This document shows, in pieces, positions 25,982-34,862 of a DNA stretch of 62,783 bases. The stretch's first letter is position 1. Each line of letters starts with the position of its first letter. The notes under the pieces were generated by a model. The model saw only the letters and a list, made by a program, of their open reading frames with translations, was not told the DNA's origin and made no database searches. Source of the DNA: Chthoniobacteraceae bacterium (lineage in GTDB: Bacteria; Verrucomicrobiota; Verrucomicrobiia; Chthoniobacterales; Chthoniobacteraceae); assembly GCA_037190965.1 (NCBI GenBank), contig JBBCKI010000032.1, forward strand, positions 1-62,783, written 5' to 3'. The translations under genes and the position numbers were made by a program.

Positions 25982-28900
25982 CTAGGAACACCCCTGGCTG
26001 GTCCCGCACTCCGTGCAGCAGCCGCAAGCTCCGGCGCGGATCACCTTGTTGCTTCCGCAGTGGGAGCAGGTAATATCCATATACATATTGCCGAGCGCTT
26101 CCTTTACGCGGTCCGCATGGCTGGCCGGGGCTGGGGTACCTTCAGAGTTCGCACGGCTGGTGATCACATCGATCACCTCTTTCTCGCCGGTCCGTGAAAG
26201 ATCGGTCACCGGACGGTTAACCGATTTCTTCTCCAGCTCGCCCAACTCCTTCATCGGGAGTTCAGGCTGGGCGGCGGAACGATTCGGGGAGGTCGCCTCC
26301 TTGTACCCCTTGATGAACTGGCAGCCGAGCCAGCGGAACACGTAGTCGGTGATCGAGGTGGCATTGCGGATGTCGGGGTTCTTGGTGAACCCGGACGGCT
26401 CGAAGCGTTGATAGGCAAACTTTTTGACGAGGCTCTCCAGTGGCACTCCGTATTGCAACGAAATGGAAGTGAGCGTCGCGACGGTATCCATGAGGCCACC
26501 GATAGTGGAGCCTTCCTTCGCCATCTGGATGAAGAGTTCACCCGGCTGGCCGTTCTCATACAAACCGACGGTAACGTATCCCTCATGGCCCGCGATGTCG
26601 AACTTGTGCGTCAGGGAGACGCGCGTGTCGGGCATCCGGTGGCGCACCGGCTGGTTGATCTGCTCGCGAAGCGCGCCAAGCTCGGCTTCCAGCTCGATCA
26701 CGCGTGATTCCAGCTCTGCCTTGGCGGAAACAGTGCTCTCCACGCCTGCGATCCCTGTGCTCCCCATATCTGCGGTCTTCTTGGTGTTCAGCGGCGCGGA
26801 ACGCTTGGAGCCATCGCGGTAGATGGCGATGGCCTTGAGCCCCAGCCGCCATCCTTCCACGTACGTGTTGACGATATCGTCCACGGTCGCCTCCTCGGGA
26901 AGGTTCACCGTCTTTGAGATGGCCCCGCTCAGGAACGGCTGGGCGGCCGCCATCATCCGGATATGTCCCCGGTAATGAAGGCTCCGCTTGCCGCGATACG
27001 GCTTAAAGGCGCAGTCGAAAACGGGGAGATGCTCCTCGCGCAATCCCGAGCGGATCGGCTCGCCCGTTTGCTCGTCGAGCACATCCTCAATGGTGTCGAA
27101 CTGGTTGATGTGCGCGCTGATCTTCTCGATCTCCTCCGCGCGATAGCCGAGCCCGGCCAACGCGGGCGGCACCGTCTGGTTCACGATCTTGAGCATTCCG
27201 CCTCCCGCCAGCAGCTTGTATTTCACCAGCGCGATGTCCGGCTCGATCCCGGTCGTATCGCAATCCATCAGGAAGCCGATGGTGCCGGTTGGGGCGAGAA
27301 CCGTGACCTGTGCGTTCCGGTAGCCGTGCTTTTTCCCGAGGGTCAGCGCGCGATCCCAGCAACGCTGCGCCTCTTCCTGAAGCGAGGCGAAGCGCTCGGG
27401 CGATTCGATCTTCGCGACGTGGCTGCGGTGCAATGCGATCACCTCCAGCATCGGGGCGACGTTATCCTTCGCCACGGTCGTTTCGACGCCGCTTGCCTGC
27501 GCGTGATGGTAGCCGGGGAAGGGCCCCATGGCTTCCGCCATCCGGGCGCTTTGCTCGTAAGCATGCCCGGTCATGATCGCGGTAATCGACCCGGCCAGCG
27601 CGCGCCCTTCGTCACTGTCGTAACCGAGGCCAAGGCTCATGATGAGCGCGCCGAGGTTGGCATAACCAAGGCCGAGCGTCCGATAGATGTGCGAGTTCTC
27701 CGCGATCTCCTTGATCGGATAGCTGGCGTTATCGACCAGGATCTCCTGCGCGGTAATGAAAATCCGCACGGCCGCCTTGAAGCGCTCCACGTCAAAGCCG
27801 CCGTCGGCGCGCTTGAACTTCATGAGATTGAGCGAAGCGAGGTTGCACGCGGTGTCGTCCAGGAAGAGATATTCCGAGCACGGGTTCGTCGAATTCTGCC
27901 GGGCGGTGCCCTTGCAGGTGTGCCACGTATGGATCGTGGAGTCGAACTGCATCCCCGGGTCGCCGCAAACATGCGTCCCCCCGGCAATCTTGCGCAGCAG
28001 CGCGGCGGCATCCTTCTTCTCGCAAGGCTTGCCGTCGGTGACCCGCCGGGTCCACCACTCCTTCTCCTCCACCGCCGCCTGCATGAACTCGTCGCTCACG
28101 CGGACGGAGAGGTTTTCGTTCTGGTACATGATGGAGCCGTAGGCCTCACCGTTGAAGCTTCCGTCATACCCCTGCTCAATGAGCGCCCATGCCTTGCGCT
28201 CTTCCCTCTGCTTGGCCTCGATGAACTCCTCGATGTCCGGGTGCCAATCCTTGAGCGTGTTCATCTTCGCCGCGCGGCGCGTTTTGCCGCCGGATTTGAC
28301 CACGTTGGCCACCTGGTCGTAGACCTTCAGGAACGAGAGGGGACCGCTCGGCTTGCCGCCGCCGCTCAGTTTCTCGCGCGTGCTGCGAAGCGTGGAAAGA
28401 TCGCTCCCGGTACCCGAACCGTACTTGAAAAGCAGCGCCTCCGAGGCGGCGAGCTTCATGATGTCCTCCATGGTATCCTGGACGGACTGGATGAAACACG
28501 CGCTCCCCTGCGGGTACTCGTACTGGGTCGGCGCCTGTACCGCCGCACCGATCTCACGGTTGAAATAGTAGTTCCCCTTCTGGCCCCCCTTGCCGACCCC
28601 ATATTGATGATAGAGCCCGACGTTGAACCAGACCGGGCTGTTAAACGCGCCGTGCTGGTTGAGGCAAAGCCACGTCAGATCCTCGTAGAAGGTCTCCGCC
28701 GTCTCCGCGTCGGCAAAATAGCCGTCGGCAATCCCCCAATCGGTGATGGTCCGGGTAACCCGGTGGATCAGCTGCCGAACGGAATTTTCCCGCCCCCCCT
28801 TGAAAGGGTTCGTGCCGTTGGCGATATCTCCATAAAAATATTTTGAGACGGCGATCTTCGTGGCCAGCGGAGTCCAACTCCGGGGCACTTCCACATTCTC

Positions 28901-29134
28901 CTGCTTGAAAATCGTCTTGCCGCCGTCGTCGGTGATCTCCGCCGTCCGCCGGTCCCATTCCACCTGATCAAAGGGAGAAACTCCTGCGGTGCTGAAGGCA
29001 CGCTCGAAACGGAGACCCGTGTTGGAACGGCTCTTTGCCTTGCCCGGACGCGTGGACTTTGACGCTTTTCCAGGCAGGCGGCCTCCGGGGGATTTCAACT
29101 GAGCAGGGCGAACTCCGGACTTGAATTTGATCAT
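25982..29134 (-). CDS. nrdJ: Class II (adenosylcobalamin-dependent) ribonucleotide reductase with C-terminal TSCPD-like and zinc-ribbon regions
   Basis: FNSPVWFN, SACF, GGKTRRAAKM, STNPCSE, APTGTI, LSGAISKTVNLP, C-terminal CSHC..CTEC. Confidence 0.95.
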   Translation of the reverse strand: MIKFKSGVRPAQLKSPGGRLPGKASKSTRPGKAKSRSNTGLRFERAFSTAGVSPFDQVEWDRRTAEITDDGGKTIFKQENVEVPRSWTPLATKIAVSKYFYGDIANGTNPFKGGRENSVRQLIHRVTRTITDWGIADGYFADAETAETFYEDLTWLCLNQHGAFNSPVWFNVGLYHQYGVGKGGQKGNYYFNREIGAAVQAPTQYEYPQGSACFIQSVQDTMEDIMKLAASEALLFKYGSGTGSDLSTLRSTREKLSGGGKPSGPLSFLKVYDQVANVVKSGGKTRRAAKMNTLKDWHPDIEEFIEAKQREERKAWALIEQGYDGSFNGEAYGSIMYQNENLSVRVSDEFMQAAVEEKEWWTRRVTDGKPCEKKDAAALLRKIAGGTHVCGDPGMQFDSTIHTWHTCKGTARQNSTNPCSEYLFLDDTACNLASLNLMKFKRADGGFDVERFKAAVRIFITAQEILVDNASYPIKEIAENSHIYRTLGLGYANLGALIMSLGLGYDSDEGRALAGSITAIMTGHAYEQSARMAEAMGPFPGYHHAQASGVETTVAKDNVAPMLEVIALHRSHVAKIESPERFASLQEEAQRCWDRALTLGKKHGYRNAQVTVLAPTGTIGFLMDCDTTGIEPDIALVKYKLLAGGGMLKIVNQTVPPALAGLGYRAEEIEKISAHINQFDTIEDVLDEQTGEPIRSGLREEHLPVFDCAFKPYRGKRSLHYRGHIRMMAAAQPFLSGAISKTVNLPEEATVDDIVNTYVEGWRLGLKAIAIYRDGSKRSAPLNTKKTADMGSTGIAGVESTVSAKAELESRVIELEAELGALREQINQPVRHRMPDTRVSLTHKFDIAGHEGYVTVGLYENGQPGELFIQMAKEGSTIGGLMDTVATLTSISLQYGVPLESLVKKFAYQRFEPSGFTKNPDIRNATSITDYVFRWLGCQFIKGYKEATSPNRSAAQPELPMKELGELEKKSVNRPVTDLSRTGEKEVIDVITSRANSEGTPAPASHADRVKEALGNMYMDITCSHCGSNKVIRAGACGCCTECGTSQGCS

Positions 29135-29180
29135 GGCGTCTCTCCTTTAATTTGCGGCGTTTGAAGGGATTTGCGAAAGG

Positions 29181-29208
29181 TTTTCCACAAGTCTCAAATT
29201 GTGAATAA
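29181..29208. promoter_or_regulatory. Pair of inverted DnaA boxes in the nrdJ leader
   Basis: TTTTCCACA (29181-29189) and TGTGAATAA (29200-29208, rc TTATTCACA) both fit TTWTNCACA. Confidence 0.65.
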
Positions 29209-29267
29209 CCGGTGAATTGCCCGCCGATAAGCCGCGAGTTTCCTTGTCGGCATCGGTGAACAAAAAA

Positions 29268-29313
29268 CCACACCGTGTGGGGGGATGTGGCTCAAATACC
29301 ACTATATCTTGTG
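29268..29313. promoter_or_regulatory. NrdR boxes (strong at 29299-29313, degenerate at 29268-29282)
   Basis: CCACTATATCTTGTG matches acaCwAtATaTwGtg at 13/15; second box CCACACCGTGTGGGG starts 31 bp away. Confidence 0.8.
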
Positions 29314-29462
29314 GGATAGTCTCAAGTCGAAAAGTCGCTCAAACCCCTCTTTTTCCCCTTGCCAACAATTCCCAATTTTCGCCGGAAAGTCGAAACTCCC
29401 CGTGGCAGAAGAACTTCCGTCATTTGGGCTGGTCCCTCGCTGTTTTCCGGTGGAAGAGCGCA

Positions 29463-29621
29463 AGGTAGCCCGCTCTCGCCGAGAGCGCGGGATTGATGAT
29501 GAGCCACGTTTGACGCTCATCCCCGCAGGACGGGCTGCTGGGATGGGGATGCGGACCTCATGAAGCACGGAGCCGATACCCTCGCTCGACGGCGCGAGCG
29601 TGCTACCGGTGCTGCCGCACC
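29463..29621 (-). repeat. REPIN-like element family A
   Basis: Both arms and the CCCCGCAGGACGGG core present. Confidence 0.95.
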
Positions 29622-29702
29622 GGCTACTTCGGTTATATCTTCTTCATCGAGCGGTTGCTGACACGCTTGGATTTCATCGAAAACAGCGAAGAACCTTCGG
29701 GC

Positions 29703-30527
29703 TTACCGCATCCCGGCGAGGAGCCCTCGTTTGGGGGCGAAGATAAACGCCACGGCGAACACCGCCGCCTGCGTCAGCACGATGCAGGCACCGGTGGAGG
29801 CATTCAGAAAGAAGCTCGCGTAGGTTCCCGCAATGGAGGAAAAAACTGCCGTTCCCACGGCGATGCCGAGCATTCGCGAAAAGCGTTGCGTGAAAAGAAA
29901 AGCAACGCAACCGGGCGTCACCAACATGGCCACCACGAGAATCACGCCCACCGCCTGAAGCGAAGCCACGATGGTCAGCGCGAGGAGCGAGAGCATCAGG
30001 TAATGCAGGACGGTCGTGTTCAGGCCGACGCTCCGGGCGTGCCCGGGGTCGAAGCAAAAGAGGAGGAGGTCTTTACGCAACGCAAGGGTGATAGCGAGAG
30101 TGAAGAGGCCGATCCCCGCCGTCTGGAGCATTTGCGCGCGCGGGATCCCGAGAAGGCTGCCGAAAAGGATGTGGTTGAGGTGCTGGTCTGACTCGATTTT
30201 GGTGAAAAGGATCAGCCCCAGTGCGAAAAGACCGGTGAAGACAATACCCATCACGGTGTCCTCCTTCACGCGGCTGTTGTTCTTGATGAAGCCGACCCCA
30301 ACGGCGCAAAGCAGCCCTGAGAAAAACGCGCCGACCGGCAGCGGCACCCCGGCAACATAGGCCAGCACGATGCCGGGCAGAACGGCGTGGGAAATCGCAT
30401 CACCCATGAGCGACCACCCTTTCAAGATCAGGAAGCACGAAAAAACGGCGCAGACGGTGCCCACCAGCGCGCTCAAGGCGAGCGCGGCGAGCATGAAATC
30501 GTATTGAAACGGAGTGAGCCAGTTCAT
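29703..30527 (-). CDS. Mn/Fe ABC permease (SitD/YfeD-like)
   Basis: [40 protein letters not shown]. Confidence 0.93.
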   Translation of the reverse strand: MNWLTPFQYDFMLAALALSALVGTVCAVFSCFLILKGWSLMGDAISHAVLPGIVLAYVAGVPLPVGAFFSGLLCAVGVGFIKNNSRVKEDTVMGIVFTGLFALGLILFTKIESDQHLNHILFGSLLGIPRAQMLQTAGIGLFTLAITLALRKDLLLFCFDPGHARSVGLNTTVLHYLMLSLLALTIVASLQAVGVILVVAMLVTPGCVAFLFTQRFSRMLGIAVGTAVFSSIAGTYASFFLNASTGACIVLTQAAVFAVAFIFAPKRGLLAGMR

Positions 30528-31390
30528 GCGGATCGAAGGGGCAAAATCGCCCGCCGCCGTTGGGCCCGGGCGGCAAGCATCCCGTGTTTCGGCGCAAAGA
30601 CCAGGGCGGCAAGGAAAACGAGGGTCTGGAGGACGACGATGCAGCCGCCCGTGGAGCCATTCAGAAAATAACTCGCGTAGGCGCCAAGAAAGCTGGTCGT
30701 CGCACCCATCGCGGCGGCAATCCAGAGCATGACGCCGAAGCGATCGCTCAAGAGATAGGCCGTGGCCCCCGGCGTGACGAGCATCGCCACCACCAGCACT
30801 GCGCCGACGGTTTGAAGGGCCGCCACGGCCGTTGCCGCCAGCAATGTCAAAAGCGTGAAATGAAGCACGGTCGTGTTCAGGCCAATCGCGCGTGCCTGAT
30901 TCTTATCGAAACAGAAAAGCGCGAGGTCTTTCCATTTCAACCCGAGCACCCCCAGCGTCAGCGCGGAGATGATGACCATCTGCTTCACATCGGAATCGGA
31001 GATCCCGAGGATGTTACCGAAAACAATGGTCTTGAGACTGATCCCGCTCGGGAAGACTGAAATGAGGAGCACGCCAAGCGCAAAGAAAGTCGTAAAAACC
31101 ACGCCTATCACCGCGTCTTCACGTAGCGGCGTCTTCGCCTTCACAAACCCCATTCCCACCGCGGCCAGCAGTCCGGAGAGGAATGCCCCAAGGGCAAACG
31201 GCGCGCCCGCGTAGTAGGCCAGCGCGACCCCAGGCACCACTGCATGCGAAAGCGCGTCCCCCATCAGCGACCACCCTTTGAGCGTGATAAAGCACGAAAG
31301 AAACGCGCAGACGGCCCCCGTCAAGGCGCTCACCCACATCGCCTTGAGCATGTAGTCGTATTGAAACGGGATGAGAAGGGAATCCATCAT
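30524..31390 (-). CDS. Mn/Fe ABC permease (SitC/YfeC-like)
   Basis: [31 protein letters not shown]. Confidence 0.93.
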   Translation of the reverse strand: MMDSLLIPFQYDYMLKAMWVSALTGAVCAFLSCFITLKGWSLMGDALSHAVVPGVALAYYAGAPFALGAFLSGLLAAVGMGFVKAKTPLREDAVIGVVFTTFFALGVLLISVFPSGISLKTIVFGNILGISDSDVKQMVIISALTLGVLGLKWKDLALFCFDKNQARAIGLNTTVLHFTLLTLLAATAVAALQTVGAVLVVAMLVTPGATAYLLSDRFGVMLWIAAAMGATTSFLGAYASYFLNGSTGGCIVVLQTLVFLAALVFAPKHGMLAARAQRRRAILPLRSA

Positions 31391-32334
31391 GGATGTTTCT
31401 TCTCGTTGTCCGGATCTTCGTGCTCCAGTTCCTCCCGGGATTTCACAATCTGCTCATGCTCGGCGCGCTGGCTGAACTCCAGATGCCCGCCTTTGCCGAA
31501 GACCAAGGGCCGCTCATCGTCGGTCAACACGGTCACGGTGCGGCCGTCGTGTTTTTGCACGGTTGATTCGTCAAAGCGGAAATGCCGCAGCACGCCACCG
31601 AACGCCTTGGTGAGGTTGCTCTCGGTGAATACCTCGCCGATAGGGCCGGCCGCCAGGACGGTGCGGTTGATGATGACGGCATGATCGCAGAACTCCGGCA
31701 CGGAACCCAAATTGTGCGTGGAGACGAGGATGATGTTCCCCGCGTCCCGCAACTCCCGCAGGAGGGCGATGATCGCTTCCTCCGTATTCACATCCACGCC
31801 GGTAAACGGCTCATCGAGGAGGATGATCGAGCCTTGCTGGGCCAGCGCGCGCGCGAGGAAGACCCGTTTCTTCTGCCCGCCGGAAAGCTCGCCGATCTGG
31901 CGGTCGCGAAATTCCCACATCTGCACACGGCGCAGGCTCTCTTCCGCCACCCGCTTGTCTTCCGGCTTTGGAATGCGCAGGAAGTTCATGTGCGCGTAAC
32001 GCCCCATCAAGACGACATCCCAAACACTGACGGGGAAGGACCAGTCGACCTCCTCGGACTGCGGCACATAGGCCACCCGGTTGCGCTTGCGCGCCATGGC
32101 GACCGGCTCGCTATTGATCGTTACCCGCCCCTTCGCGGGTTTCAGGAAACCCATGATCGCCTTGAAGAGGGTCGATTTCCCGCTGCCGTTTACCCCCACC
32201 AGCGCGCAGATCGACCCCGCGCCCAGTTGAAAAGTGGCGTCGGAAATAGCGACCGTGCCGTTGTTGTAAGTCACGGTCACTCCCTCAACGGTCACTTCCG
32301 AGGGGGTCGCGGATCTGGCAGGGTCGGGTTTCAT
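31387..32334 (-). CDS. Mn/Fe ABC ATP-binding protein (SitB/YfeB-like)
   Basis: [43 protein letters not shown]-terminal DDERP. Confidence 0.94.
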   Translation of the reverse strand: MKPDPARSATPSEVTVEGVTVTYNNGTVAISDATFQLGAGSICALVGVNGSGKSTLFKAIMGFLKPAKGRVTINSEPVAMARKRNRVAYVPQSEEVDWSFPVSVWDVVLMGRYAHMNFLRIPKPEDKRVAEESLRRVQMWEFRDRQIGELSGGQKKRVFLARALAQQGSIILLDEPFTGVDVNTEEAIIALLRELRDAGNIILVSTHNLGSVPEFCDHAVIINRTVLAAGPIGEVFTESNLTKAFGGVLRHFRFDESTVQKHDGRTVTVLTDDERPLVFGKGGHLEFSQRAEHEQIVKSREELEHEDPDNEKKHP

Positions 32335-33230
32335 TTCGAATCAAAAAATCCACTGACTATCAGCGCCGCATTGGCTTCCAACAGCTTTAAATAAGTCGGC
32401 GCAGGTCCGTCCGGGCCGGTGAGCGAATCGACATAAAGCACGCCACCATACCGCGCGCCCGTCTCCTTGGCGACCTGCCGCATCGGCTTGTCGCTAATCG
32501 TGCTTTCCGAAAAAACCACCGGGATCTTATTCGCGCGAACAAGATCGATCACCTTGCGAACCTGCCGGGGCGTTCCCTCTTCGTCGGCGTTCACCGGCCA
32601 AAGGTAAAGCTCCTTCATTCCGTAATTGCGGATGAGATAGGAAAACGCCCCCTCGCTGGTCACCAGCCAGCGCTGATCGGCGGGAATCTCCTCCAGCTTT
32701 TTGCGAATCGGTCCATCAATAGCTTTGAGCTTCTCCGAATAGGAGGCGGCGTTCCGGTCATAGATAGCGGCGTTATCGGGGTCGAGCTTCACCAGAGCCT
32801 TGCGGATGTTCTCCACGTAAATAAGCGCGTTGGCCGGGGACATCCAGCTATGCGGGTTCGGCTTGCCATTATACGGACCCTCCGTGATCCCCATCGGCTC
32901 GATCCCTTCCGACAGAACGGCGCTGGGAATTCCTTTCACGTTGGCAAAGAACTTCTCAAACCACCGTTCCAACCCGAGACCGTTCCAAAGCACCAGATCG
33001 GCGGACTGTGCCTTTACGATATCGAGAGGCGTCGGCTCATATTCGTGAATCTCCGCGCCCGGCTTGGTGATCGATTCGACAATGGCCGCGTCGCCCGCGA
33101 CGTTTTGGGCCATGTCACGAATAATCGTGAAAGTCGTCAGAACGCGTTTGGGTTTGGCGTCGGCAACATGAACCGAAGCCGCCAGAAAGGCCATCGCCAG
33201 GACACCGCGCAGAATGGAAAGCATAGTCAT
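32331..33230 (-). CDS. Mn/Fe ABC substrate-binding protein (SitA/YfeA/PsaA-like)
   Basis: [27 protein letters not shown] metal ligands. Confidence 0.95.
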   Translation of the reverse strand: MTMLSILRGVLAMAFLAASVHVADAKPKRVLTTFTIIRDMAQNVAGDAAIVESITKPGAEIHEYEPTPLDIVKAQSADLVLWNGLGLERWFEKFFANVKGIPSAVLSEGIEPMGITEGPYNGKPNPHSWMSPANALIYVENIRKALVKLDPDNAAIYDRNAASYSEKLKAIDGPIRKKLEEIPADQRWLVTSEGAFSYLIRNYGMKELYLWPVNADEEGTPRQVRKVIDLVRANKIPVVFSESTISDKPMRQVAKETGARYGGVLYVDSLTGPDGPAPTYLKLLEANAALIVSGFFDSK

Positions 33231-33246
33231 TGAAAAAATAGGTTAG

Positions 33247-34110
33247 CTAGAACCGCCAGGTCAGCCCGGCAAAGGGGTTATAGTCATCGGCGGCACGGGT
33301 GACGCCGATGTTGACGCCGCAATCGAGTTGAAGATTCTCCGTCACCAGGTAAGTAAGCCCGCAATCGACAGTCCCGACCCAATCCTGGCCGGACTCCGTG
33401 CTGATCGCGCTGAAGAACTCCAGAAACCCGCTCAACTTGCCCACGATGGAATGACTGAAGGTGATCGAATTAACAAACTCAGCATGATACCCGCCACCGC
33501 CGCTGTTCCTGAGAAAATCGACCTCCGTCATCATCCCCATCTCCCACTCCAGAGGCAATTTGACGGCAAGGGGCAGGATCAACCCGCCCTCGACACCGGG
33601 GCTTCCAAGACCGGCGGTATGAGTGGGGAATTTGACAAAGGGCATCAGCGCAAACGCCGTCTCGCCCTCGTCGTTCCCCCAAAGGTTGACCTTGAGCCTC
33701 ACCAAAGAATCGCCCACCCCCGTCCGCTTGACCACGGAGGAACCCTCGCGGGTGCGAGAATGCAGGGTGTTGTCGAAAATCAGTTGCAGATCGACATTGT
33801 TGAGCAGGCCCGCCTTGAAGTTGATCGGCGCGAAGTTCCAGGTTTGCTCGCCCGCGGAGCGGTTGCGCGAATAGTTGGCGAAGTCCATCTCGATCTGGAA
33901 GTGCCCGGCATCGACCGTATGCGGGCTCTCGGTTTTGTCGGGCCGGTCGGGGGAAAGCTCCCGCATCAACTCACGCGGGGTGGGGTTAAAAAGAGTGTAC
34001 CCGGACTTATCGGCCTTGGGAGTCTCGGGCTCGGCAGGATTGGCTGCTCCCATGGTCGAAAAGGCGAGAACTGGCAAAGCCAGCCGTCGCAGGGCGGAAA
34101 ATAATTTCAT
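33247..34110 (-). CDS. Putative outer-membrane beta-barrel channel (MetA-pathway/phenol-degradation 'transporter' family-like)
   Basis: Signal peptide, DRPDKTESPHTVDAGHFQIE motif, alternating strands, C-terminal Phe (GLTWRF). Confidence 0.75.
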   Translation of the reverse strand: MKLFSALRRLALPVLAFSTMGAANPAEPETPKADKSGYTLFNPTPRELMRELSPDRPDKTESPHTVDAGHFQIEMDFANYSRNRSAGEQTWNFAPINFKAGLLNNVDLQLIFDNTLHSRTREGSSVVKRTGVGDSLVRLKVNLWGNDEGETAFALMPFVKFPTHTAGLGSPGVEGGLILPLAVKLPLEWEMGMMTEVDFLRNSGGGGYHAEFVNSITFSHSIVGKLSGFLEFFSAISTESGQDWVGTVDCGLTYLVTENLQLDCGVNIGVTRAADDYNPFAGLTWRF

Positions 34111-34242
34111 TATTTGAAGATCTGACATCGTCTGCAATGAGTTTGCCGGTTTGGGGGAATCCGGATGCCGGGGAGACTTGAAAAATAAAAATTGGAAGGC
34201 AATCGTCCTTCAAGCCACCGCTACAAACCGAACCCACAGCCC

Positions 34243-34268
34243 AAATGTGTAGCACAGGCTACAAATTT
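34243..34268. promoter_or_regulatory. MntR operator
   Basis: AAATG-TGTAGC-ACAG-GCTACA-AATTT; TAGC-N4-GCTA core of enterobacterial MntR boxes; lies between mntR and the Mn import operon. Confidence 0.8.
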
Positions 34269-34303
34269 TCGCGACGTTGTCAACGGGCTTTCTTTATGTT
34301 TTC

Positions 34304-34843
34304 ATGGGAAAAGTGAATCGCCCGGCCTCCAAATCCAAAAAATCCAAAGATAAGTCGTCGAAACCTTCGAAAGCTTCCACCCAGAAAGCGCAGAAGGCCC
34401 AGAAGCCCCCTACCGGCAAGCTGCAAACTCCCGCAAGTTCCCCCCGGCCAGCCACTCGCGAAGAGCATTCCCAGGAGACCGCCCAGGATTATGTGGAACT
34501 AATTGCCGACCTGATCGCCACAACAGGCGAAGCGCGAGTTATCGAGATTGCCCGCCGGCTGGGTGTCACGCACGTCACCGTCAGCCGCACCATCCAGCGC
34601 CTCAAGCGGGAAGGGCTCGTCACGGCCCAGCCGTACCGCTCCATCTTCCTGACCGATCTCGGCAAAGAGCTCGCCGAGGAATCGCGGCGACGACACGAGA
34701 TCGTCGTGGAATTTCTCCTCTCGCTCGGCATCCCGGAGAGCGTCGCACAATCCGACGCCGAGGGAATCGAGCACCACGTCAGCAAGGAGACGCTGGAGGC
34801 TTTTCTGCGGCATTTGGGGAAAGCCAAGCCTCGGAAAAAGTAG
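34304..34843 (+). CDS. mntR: Manganese-binding DtxR-family repressor
   Basis: QDYVELIADLI..GEAR..IARRLGV, PYRSIFLT, RRHEIV, DAEGIEHHVS; Lys/Ser-rich N-tail. Confidence 0.9.
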   Translation: MGKVNRPASKSKKSKDKSSKPSKASTQKAQKAQKPPTGKLQTPASSPRPATREEHSQETAQDYVELIADLIATTGEARVIEIARRLGVTHVTVSRTIQRLKREGLVTAQPYRSIFLTDLGKELAEESRRRHEIVVEFLLSLGIPESVAQSDAEGIEHHVSKETLEAFLRHLGKAKPRKK

Positions 34844-34862
34844 ATCTACCCGAACTTCAAGG

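Larger units (their letters stand above)
25403..26037. mobile_element. Minimal integrated islet / remnant inserted at the nrdJ 3' end, bounded by 56-bp direct repeats
   Basis: 25403-25458 vs 25982-26037 are 50/56 identical and both end in the TAG stop; interior is AT-richer and carries only an XRE gene. Confidence 0.75.

Noticed and set aside
26963..28846. Long antisense ORFs (also 38011..39165, 43903..45603, 50920..52413, 54109..55626)
   Set aside because: They are shadows of high-GC codon usage opposite well-recognised genes and contain no motifs.
25982..29134. Intein or intron in nrdJ
   Set aside because: The ORF is continuous, the length fits a fused C-terminal domain, and no intein splice or homing-endonuclease motifs were seen.
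29135..29460. Cobalamin riboswitch upstream of nrdJ
   Set aside because: No recognisable B12-element motifs; the region is explained by DnaA/NrdR boxes and promoter.
25982..33230. Functional link between Mn import and the ribonucleotide reductase
   Set aside because: The RNR is class II (B12-dependent), not Mn-dependent class Ib, and has its own NrdR-box promoter separated by a repeat.
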